In this document: piece after piece, positions 57,402 to 64,000 of the stretch
How the letters are laid out: every line of letters begins with the position of its first letter
Numbering within the stretch: position 1 is the stretch's first letter
Assembly (NCBI GenBank): GCA_039028615.1
Contig: JBCCHT010000029.1
Span: 99,042-163,041, forward strand
Length of the DNA: 64,000 bases
Reading direction: 5' to 3'
From: Myxococcota bacterium
Lineage (GTDB): Bacteria; Myxococcota_A; Polyangia; Nannocystales; Nannocystaceae
The notes under the pieces: generated by a model
Database searches by the model: none
Told to the model about the DNA's origin: nothing
The model's input: the letters and a program-made list of their open reading frames with translations, nothing else
Made by a program: the position numbers and the translations under genes

Positions 57402-59254
57402 GTCGCTCGGCCCGCTGGCGTTCGTGGTGGCGGCCGGTGACCGCCGCGCTCGCGCTGACGCTCACCTCCACCTTCGCCGCGCCCGCGCAGGCATGGGACC
57501 CCTCGACCACCCACCTGGGCATGCTCGAGCGCTCGGTCCTCGACAGCGCCATGCACCTGCGTTGGATGGATGCCTCGCAGCTGCAGCGCGGGCTGTTCAC
57601 CCCGATTCGCCTCGACCCCAGCCGGCTCGACGACGCCACCCTTCGCGAGCTGCGAGTGGCCCTGCGAAACGTGCACGCGGCCTCGGGCGCCCAGGCCTTG
57701 GGCGGTCCCGGTGCCTGCCCGGGTCCCAGCGCGCCTCAGGCTACGCGCGCCCGCTGTGTCGACGGCGACCTGTGGGAGATGACCGCGCTGGGCTGGATGG
57801 AGCTGGGCGTCATCATCGAGACCGTCCCCGCCGAGCGCCTGCTGCATCACTTCGTCGATCGCGAGGACCCCTCGGCCGAGCGCTGGTCCGACGACGACCT
57901 GCCTCGCGCACTGCTGCGGCTCAAGCACGCCAAGGCGGGCGGAGCCTTCGCGTCGCGAGCCACCGGCTCGGGCTTCGAAGGCAGCGGTCGCTCGGCCATC
58001 GCCTGGCTCGACGATGACCAAGACCGATGGGCGCCCCCGGCCCTGCGCCGTCACCTGCGACAGGCCAGCCTCGCCGCCGATCCGACCGAGCGGGACCATC
58101 ACCTCGCGCTGGCGCTTCTGTGTACGGGCGCGCTGCTGCACGTCGTGCAGGACCTGTCCGTGCCCGCCAATGCCCGCGGGGACCTGAGCGCATCGTTCCT
58201 GCCCTTGTCCGAGATTCGTGGCGACCGCGGCCTGCCCCTGCAAGAGCTGGCCCGCGACGCCTACGGCCGCGGCGGCCTGCCCACCCCGGTCGCGCTGGCC
58301 CCTCGCGCCACCGCCGACGGTGAGCGCGGCGTGCCCCGGGCCGCCACCGTGCGAGGCCACCTCCTCGGCGAGGGCGATTCGCCCGGCCTGGTCCAGCTCA
58401 CCGGGCGCAGTGCGTTCTCCGAGTCCTCGCTGCCCGCCGCCCGTCGCCTCGAGCCCGGCCTCGACGGCACTGCCGCCGCCGCCCTGCTGCTGGAAGACTC
58501 GGGGCTCGACCCCGAACTCACCGACGGGGCCCAGCTCGCGCCGTGGCCCGACGAGCGCGGCTACCTGCTCGATGCGCTCGGCCGGCCTTTGGCCGCGTTC
58601 CGCATCGACGAAGACGAGCAGATCCACCTGTGGCTCGACCGCCGGGTCTACCGCTCGCAGATGCGACGGCTCATTCCCGCGGGGATCGAGACCGGTCGTT
58701 CCGTGCTCGACCTCGTGTACTCCGCGTGGCCCGAGATGGACGTGGAGACCTCGGCCCGCGCCCTGACCCTCACCCCGGGCGAGACCTGGAAGCAGGGCTC
58801 GTTGGTCACCATGGTCGAGGACGCATCGGGGCAGCGCAACGCCGTCTCGCAGTTCGATTTCCAGGGGCCGCAGGCGCACCGGTTGGTCGATGTCTGGCCC
58901 GAGTCGGTCGCCGACGATGCCCGCGTGGTCCTGGTCCTCGTGGCGTCGAACGAGGCGGGCGGTGAGCAGCCCCCGACCATCGAGCATGCGCTCGACCTCG
59001 CCACGAACGCGGTGGTGGCCCCCGCCACGCCGGCCGTGCCGCGACCGCGGGCTCGCCCCGCCACGTCCTCGACGACCAAGAGCGCGCCCAAGCCTCCGGT
59101 CACCGTGCGTCCCGCGACGCCTCCGGCCGACGCGGAGCCGAGCGACGACGCCGACGAAGCACCGACGGCCGAAGGCGATGCTCCGCCCCCCGCGACCGAG
59201 GACGACGCACCGTCCGAGCCCGCGGCCGAAGACCCCTCGTCGCCCGAGTCCTGA
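57398..59254 (+). CDS. Secreted protein with phospholipase C / P1-nuclease-like Zn-fold N-terminal domain
   Basis: Signal AQA then W-x5-H mature start; HHFVD; GALLHVVQDLSVP; Pro/acidic tail; ATGA overlap with the upstream gene. Confidence 0.6.
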   Translation: MSRSARWRSWWRPVTAALALTLTSTFAAPAQAWDPSTTHLGMLERSVLDSAMHLRWMDASQLQRGLFTPIRLDPSRLDDATLRELRVALRNVHAASGAQALGGPGACPGPSAPQATRARCVDGDLWEMTALGWMELGVIIETVPAERLLHHFVDREDPSAERWSDDDLPRALLRLKHAKAGGAFASRATGSGFEGSGRSAIAWLDDDQDRWAPPALRRHLRQASLAADPTERDHHLALALLCTGALLHVVQDLSVPANARGDLSASFLPLSEIRGDRGLPLQELARDAYGRGGLPTPVALAPRATADGERGVPRAATVRGHLLGEGDSPGLVQLTGRSAFSESSLPAARRLEPGLDGTAAAALLLEDSGLDPELTDGAQLAPWPDERGYLLDALGRPLAAFRIDEDEQIHLWLDRRVYRSQMRRLIPAGIETGRSVLDLVYSAWPEMDVETSARALTLTPGETWKQGSLVTMVEDASGQRNAVSQFDFQGPQAHRLVDVWPESVADDARVVLVLVASNEAGGEQPPTIEHALDLATNAVVAPATPAVPRPRARPATSSTTKSAPKPPVTVRPATPPADAEPSDDADEAPTAEGDAPPPATEDDAPSEPAAEDPSSPES

Positions 59255-59290
59255 GCCTGGCCGCCGCGAAGTTCGAGTCTCGACGTGGGC

Positions 59291-60325
59291 TCAGGCGTCC
59301 GCGCTGAGCCGGCTGCGGAGCGCCAGCAGCTCGACGTGCACGGGCGCGATCGACAGTCCCAGATCGACGACCACTCCCGCCTCGGTCAGCGCGCCGCGCT
59401 CGATCAGGATCTCGGCCGCCTCGACCTGCTCGCGCGCAAACCCGGGGCGAGCCGACTGCACCCGCTCGGCCAGCGCCTTGCGCTGGTCCTCGTCGGCGCT
59501 GCGGGCCGCACACGCGAGGAAGTAGGCGGACGCTGCGATGTCGCCTTGCGCCTCCACCGTCTCGGCCGCGCGCTGGTAGGCCCGACGAGCCCCGTCCGCG
59601 TCGTCGCGCGCTTCGGCCACACGGGCCATCGTCTCGTGCGCCCAGGGCAAGTCTGGAGCTCGGTGAACGACTTCCTTCAGTTCCTTGGCCGCGGCTCGTA
59701 GCTCCCCCGCCCTCAGCAGGTGCTGTGCCAGCCGTAGGCGGGGCCCGGGAGCATCCGGATCGCAGTCGAGACGCCGCCGCAGCAAGCGACGCTGGGCGGC
59801 GGCCGTGAGCTCGCCGTCCTCACCGAACAGCTCGTCGCGGAATTCCCCGTCGTCGTCGAACATCACGCCCGCTTCGCCGACCCAGCCGAGCGCCAGGTGA
59901 GCCACGGTGGTCGCCTCGGGCAGGCGTTCGCCGCCCTCCTCCAGCCTGACCACGTCGGCGCCCTCTTCCCAGGGGTCCTCGGGCACGATCAGCAGGTCCC
60001 GCCCGTGCTCTCCGATGACCCGGTCGCCCGCGCGCAGCAGCCCTTCCGCGTCGGCCCGCTCGGTGGCCTCGGCAATCTCGGCCAGGGGCAGGATGCGAGC
60101 CGTCTCGGCCCCGATCTCCATGCCGTCGAAGCTCATCCACAGCAGCGCGGACGCGGGCGGCAGCCCGGCGGCGGCACAAGCCTCGGCCGTCGCGGCCGGG
60201 CCCACCCGATGCAGGCCGGCCGGCGCCACCATCATGCGCTCTTCGAGCTTGTCGATGGCTCGAAAATGGCGCGCCGCCTCGTCGGGCTCGACGCCCGCGG
60301 GCACCCGGTGCTGATTCTTCGCCAC
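59291..60325 (-). CDS. SMI1/KNR4-like N-terminal region + TPR protein
   Basis: PAAT...GLP...FDG...ILPL resembles SMI1; C-terminal TPR-like helices. Confidence 0.5.
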   Translation of the reverse strand: MAKNQHRVPAGVEPDEAARHFRAIDKLEERMMVAPAGLHRVGPAATAEACAAAGLPPASALLWMSFDGMEIGAETARILPLAEIAEATERADAEGLLRAGDRVIGEHGRDLLIVPEDPWEEGADVVRLEEGGERLPEATTVAHLALGWVGEAGVMFDDDGEFRDELFGEDGELTAAAQRRLLRRRLDCDPDAPGPRLRLAQHLLRAGELRAAAKELKEVVHRAPDLPWAHETMARVAEARDDADGARRAYQRAAETVEAQGDIAASAYFLACAARSADEDQRKALAERVQSARPGFAREQVEAAEILIERGALTEAGVVVDLGLSIAPVHVELLALRSRLSADA

Positions 60326-60338
60326 GGTGTCGTCCGGC

Positions 60339-62099
60339 TCAGGTGGAGAACATGCGAGTGGGCACCGCGATGCCCTGCTCGGCCAGGTCCCGGATGAAGC
60401 GAGGCTCTTCGCCCGTCGCCCGGAACACGGTGTCCTGCTCGGCGTTGCGCTCGGCCTTGAAGATCGGCACGTGCACGATCTGGTCGCCGGCTTTGACCCG
60501 CGGCTCGATGAGCTCGATGACCTGCATCGCCTCTTGGTTGACGCCCACGTTGAGGCGAATGAGCAGGTCGACCGAGCGCGCCAGCGAGACGGTGAGGGCC
60601 CCGATGGCCCCGGAGGCCACCGTGCTCAGACCCGCCATGCGCCACAGCGCGTGCGCCGAGTCGATGCCCCACAGCGACACGACCGCCCCGCGGGTCGCCC
60701 CCGCGAACGCATCCATGACCGCGGCCGCATCCTCGTGGCGGCAGCGCTGGGAGATCAGCATGTCGACGCCGCCGCGTAGGACCACGCCGAGGGAATCGGA
60801 CAGCCCCAGGGTGTCCGAGGGGTCGGCCATGCGGCGGAACTTGAGCCAGCCGCGACGACCCGCGCCCAGGCGACCGGAGTCGGAGATCGAGACCACCCGC
60901 AGCTCGTCGGGAATCTCGCCCACCAGCGCGCCCATGAACCGGTCGAGGTTGGTGCCGCCCGAGGCGGAGACCAGGATCCTGCGACAGCCCCGAATGGCGG
61001 CCGCGATGAGCTCGGCCATGTCGGGGCTGAGCACGTTCTCCTGCACCAGCGAGGTGAGGTTGTTGGCGTCCGTGCGGTTGCGACGGAGGTTGAGCACCGG
61101 GTGCCGCACCTGCGACGGCGGCAGCAGGGCGTACATGGTGAAGCCGTCGTCGACCTTGCCTTCGACGACCTGCGAGCCCTCGACCAAGAATCCCCAGCGT
61201 CGGGCCAGGCGTTGGACGACCAGGGTCACCGCTCGGTCCCCGGAGAAGCGTCGATCGGTCAGCTCGATCTCCGCGCCGCCGCCCGTCCGGTCGCGCACGG
61301 TCCGAATGGCGGCCCCGCCCGCGACCTGGATCTCGCGGATCTGCTCGTCCTTCATCAGCTCGGTGAGCGGGCCCAGCTCGACCAGCTCCCGCACGATCGC
61401 GTCGCGCAGGGTGTCGATGGCCACGCCCTCTTCGAGCTCGCCCGCGCGCTCCATGTCGCGCAGCAGGCCGTCGACCAGCTCGCTCGCCGTCTCGCGATCG
61501 GTATCGGAGACGTCCGGCGCCTTGAGCGGATCGAGCCCGTTGACGTTGACCAGCACCGTCTGGAGCACGCGATTGGCGATGCGATCGAGATAGGTGCTCT
61601 CGACCCCGGCCGGCGCCACGCGGCGCGCCGAGGTCAGGAGATCGCTGTCGTCGTCGACCAGCCGCGACAGCGGGGTCGGCAACTCCTGGGAGGGCAGCGC
61701 CTCGCCGCTCTCGCGCTCGGGGGGCGGAACCGCCACTGCCCGGGACTGCGGGTGCCCTTCGTTGCCCGCGACCAGGATCTCGGAGCGCTGCACGGGCGCG
61801 ATCGAGTCGTCGTCACCCTCGAGCATCAAGATGTAGTCGCCCACGTAGATGCGATCGGAGCGCCGCACTGCGCGGGGCTCACCAACCTTACGGCCGTTGA
61901 CGTAGGTCCCGTTGGTACTGCCCAGGTCCAAGACCTCGACGCGGCCTTGGTGACGGCGGAAGCGCAGGTGGTACTTCGAGATGTTGACGCGATCGAGGAC
62001 GAGATTGTTGTCGTCCTCGCGCCCGACCGCGAACTGGTCGGTATCGAAGTTGAATCGCTGCGTTCGCCCGCCTTTTTCGTGGACGACTACCTTGAGCAC
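60339..62099 (-). CDS. FHA + CpaF/TadA(VirB11)-like domain with degenerate ATPase motifs
   Basis: FHA VGRE..SKYH..GSTNGTYVNG; CpaF-like LGPLTELMKDEQIREI; Walker A region reads SASGGTNLDR. Confidence 0.78.
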   Translation of the reverse strand: MLKVVVHEKGGRTQRFNFDTDQFAVGREDDNNLVLDRVNISKYHLRFRRHQGRVEVLDLGSTNGTYVNGRKVGEPRAVRRSDRIYVGDYILMLEGDDDSIAPVQRSEILVAGNEGHPQSRAVAVPPPERESGEALPSQELPTPLSRLVDDDSDLLTSARRVAPAGVESTYLDRIANRVLQTVLVNVNGLDPLKAPDVSDTDRETASELVDGLLRDMERAGELEEGVAIDTLRDAIVRELVELGPLTELMKDEQIREIQVAGGAAIRTVRDRTGGGAEIELTDRRFSGDRAVTLVVQRLARRWGFLVEGSQVVEGKVDDGFTMYALLPPSQVRHPVLNLRRNRTDANNLTSLVQENVLSPDMAELIAAAIRGCRRILVSASGGTNLDRFMGALVGEIPDELRVVSISDSGRLGAGRRGWLKFRRMADPSDTLGLSDSLGVVLRGGVDMLISQRCRHEDAAAVMDAFAGATRGAVVSLWGIDSAHALWRMAGLSTVASGAIGALTVSLARSVDLLIRLNVGVNQEAMQVIELIEPRVKAGDQIVHVPIFKAERNAEQDTVFRATGEEPRFIRDLAEQGIAVPTRMFST

Positions 62100-62236
62100 G
62101 GGATCGGCTTACCGCGTGCGCTTCGCGGGCTCAAGGCCTGGCGGGGCCTCGAGCGCCAAAACATGAGATTGACGCGAACAGGAACACCCGAATTTCCCGC
62201 AGCGCGGGCCCTCGGGACCTTTGCGGGACGCAAGCT

Positions 62237-62656
62237 TTAGAAGTCGTCGACCTCGTCGAGGGCGTCCTCGAGGCGATCCTTGTCGGCCTCGGACATCGCA
62301 CTGCCCCCGGCCGCGGCGGCTTGGGGGGCAGCTTCGGGCGCAGAACGTCGTGACCAGCGACGCCCGAGCACGATGATGGTGGCCAGCGCTCCCAGCCCGA
62401 CCGCGGCCGAGCCGTACAGCAGCACGGGCTGCGGGGCGTAGCCGATGATGTCGGTGCCAAAGCGCTGGACGAGCGCTTGCTCGATCTGCTCGCGGGACTG
62501 GCCCGCCTCGGCCTGGGCCAGGATGTGATCCTCGAGCTGCCGTGCCTGCGGCGAGGGGCATGACGCGATGGTCCGCCCCGGGCAGTACGGCGACATCAGG
62601 TCGGTGCTGAGCTCCTGGAGGATCTGGTCCGGGTCCGTGGAGGCGAGCAGAGTCAT
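62237..62656 (-). CDS. CcmH/CycL-like cytochrome c biogenesis protein
   Basis: LMSPYCPGRTIASC...GQSREQI...RFG..I...P, then a TM. Confidence 0.75.
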   Translation of the reverse strand: MTLLASTDPDQILQELSTDLMSPYCPGRTIASCPSPQARQLEDHILAQAEAGQSREQIEQALVQRFGTDIIGYAPQPVLLYGSAAVGLGALATIIVLGRRWSRRSAPEAAPQAAAAGGSAMSEADKDRLEDALDEVDDF

Positions 62657-62734
62657 CGCGCTGCCAGCATAGCTCGGACCCGCCAGCGGGGCGACGGGCA
62701 TCGGTCGCCCCGATCGTGCGGCGACCTCACCCGA

Positions 62735-63514
62735 TCAGATCGGCGACTTCTTTCGCGACTTGCGCTTCTTGGTCTTGCCGCTGCGATCGGGCGGCTTCAA
62801 CGCTTCTTCGCAGTGCTTGGCGTGGGCCTCGACGGATTTCGCGTCGTCGATGTCGACCTGAGGGAACTTTTTCTCGACCCCGAGGCTCCCGACATATTTT
62901 TTTACTTTGGCCTCGACGATCATCCAGTGGGCGTCGGCCTTCTCGAGCGCCGTCTTGTCGCTCGCGTTGTAGGCGGCCGGGAACTCGCGGGAGATCAGCT
63001 CGTGCGCCTCGAGGAAGTTGCCGATGAAGAGCGTCTTTTCGCCCAGCCGCGGCTCGCTGGCGAACAGTCGCTTCTGCCAGGTGTCGAGGATGGGGATGAC
63101 GAACGCCTGCTTGAACTGGTGCCACTCCTCGCCCTGCGGGCTACCGGGCTCCGCCCCGAAGGCCTTTTGGCCCTCTTCCTTCATCTTGTCTTTGAAGCAC
63201 TGAAGGTCTTCCCAGTACCCCATCATGCGGTCGGCGTTGGCCTTGTCCCACTTGTACAAGTGCTTTTCGCCCGCCGGATCCTTGCGGTTCCAGGCCTTGA
63301 ACTCGGCATCGCTGGGATTGCCGTACTTGCTCTTGGGACGCGGCTTGGGGTTCTTGGCCTTGATCTCGTCCTCGGGGTTCTTGGCCAGGGCGTCCTCGAG
63401 AGAGGGGCCCGAGCTGTCGCAACCCAAGGCGAACGTGAGCATCAGACCAGCCGCCAGCCGTACCACGTGGCGGGGGTTGGAAGGGGTCGTGAGGGACCGA
63501 ACGTGGGGCAGCAT
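62735..63514 (-). CDS. Hypothetical lipoprotein with basic C-tail
   Basis: Lipobox FALG-C; Lys-rich; two further Cys; clean codon usage. Confidence 0.75.
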   Translation of the reverse strand: MLPHVRSLTTPSNPRHVVRLAAGLMLTFALGCDSSGPSLEDALAKNPEDEIKAKNPKPRPKSKYGNPSDAEFKAWNRKDPAGEKHLYKWDKANADRMMGYWEDLQCFKDKMKEEGQKAFGAEPGSPQGEEWHQFKQAFVIPILDTWQKRLFASEPRLGEKTLFIGNFLEAHELISREFPAAYNASDKTALEKADAHWMIVEAKVKKYVGSLGVEKKFPQVDIDDAKSVEAHAKHCEEALKPPDRSGKTKKRKSRKKSPI

Positions 63515-63583
63515 GGTGTCTCGTGACCGCAACCCGAAGGCAAACGCTACGGGGCCAACACGACCCCCATGCGGCGGCGGCTC

Positions 63584-63613
63584 ACTTTAGCGGGGCAGGC
63601 GATACGCTGTAAA
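63584..63613 (-). promoter_or_regulatory. Candidate sigma70 promoter for the lipoprotein-ccmH genes
   Basis: Minus strand TTTACA - 18 bp - TAAAGT, about 70 bp upstream of ATG 63514. Confidence 0.45.
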
Positions 63614-63785
63614 GCCACTCCTACGTACGGGATACCGCCGCCTCGGGCCCCGACCTCGGGTCGGAGCGCTTCGATCACCCGGCGGCCATACGCTTCGATC
63701 ACGGTCACAGTTGAGCGCTGAGGTCGCGACATGCGAGCCTCGACCCTGACGGCGCCGCACGGCCGTTTTCAAGGAGCGAGGCTCG

Positions 63786-64000
63786 ATGTCAGGGACCGCA
63801 CGCGCAGCACAGGGCAAGAAGAAGACCTCGGCCAAGAAGAAGGCGACCGCCAAGAAGAAGTCGACCGCCAAGAAGAAGGCGACCGCCAAGAAGAAGGCGA
63901 CCGCCAAGAAGAAGGCGACCGCCAAGAAGAAGGCGACCGCCAAGAAGAAGTCGACCGCCAAGAAGAAGTCGACCGCCAAGAAGAAGACGTCTGCCAAGAA
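63786..64000 (+). CDS. Protein starting with a histone H1-like Lys/Ala repeat; 3' truncated
   Basis: AAGGAG RBS at 63771; MSGTARAAQG then (KKKxTA)n, open to the window end; absent from the ORF track because it is truncated. Confidence 0.8.
   Translation, partial: MSGTARAAQGKKKTSAKKKATAKKKSTAKKKATAKKKATAKKKATAKKKATAKKKSTAKKKSTAKKKTSAK
63816..64000 (+). repeat. 18-bp coding tandem repeat, at least 10 copies
   Basis: AAGAAGAAG(G/T)CGACCGCC units. Confidence 0.95.

Noticed and set aside
63573..63642. Possible structured ncRNA/riboswitch (GGCGGCGG...CCGCCGCC enclosing CTTTAGCG/CGCTGTAAAG)
   Set aside because: No known riboswitch consensus is recognisable; the inner arms coincide with the candidate -10/-35 boxes; GC-rich pairing may be chance.
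419..63997. Many long antisense or alternative-frame ORFs (e.g. 419-2287, 19336-21747, 30820-33510, 48288-51341, 41508-43601, 63587-63997)
   Set aside because: Expected shadow ORFs in high-GC DNA. They have no recognisable motifs and overlap well-supported genes; 63587-63997 is just the antisense of the Lys repeat.

Overview
GC-rich bacterial chromosomal window with about 44 CDSs and one initiator tRNA-Met. The gene content (Tgl-like TPR lipoprotein, Ser/Thr kinase-ECF pair, several FHA proteins, PP2C phosphatase, many Cys-rich lipoproteins) looks myxobacterial, probably Nannocystaceae-like (inference). Core-type genes include recO, mgtE, a RodZ-like HTH, Tex, TamB, BamA/TamA, SlyD, an L,D-transpeptidase and hchA. 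The most interesting content is two separate ECF sigma / single-pass anti-sigma cassettes, each coupled to EXPORTED caspase-superfamily (clan CD) proteases. (1) 46705-53750: a lipoprotein TPR-CHAT protease transcribed divergently from a lipoprotein S8 subtilase-ECF sigma-anti-sigma operon, plus an orphan 171-aa gene that shares an upstream motif with the S8 operon. (2) 23230-27008: ECF sigma, anti-sigma and a secreted caspase fused to an outer-membrane beta-barrel, back-to-back with tamB-bamA. Both anti-sigma candidates carry an Arg-Gly motif just outside the membrane, a candidate cleavage site. I saw no CRISPR array, transposase, integrase or rRNA. All product calls come from reading motifs by eye; no database search was run.
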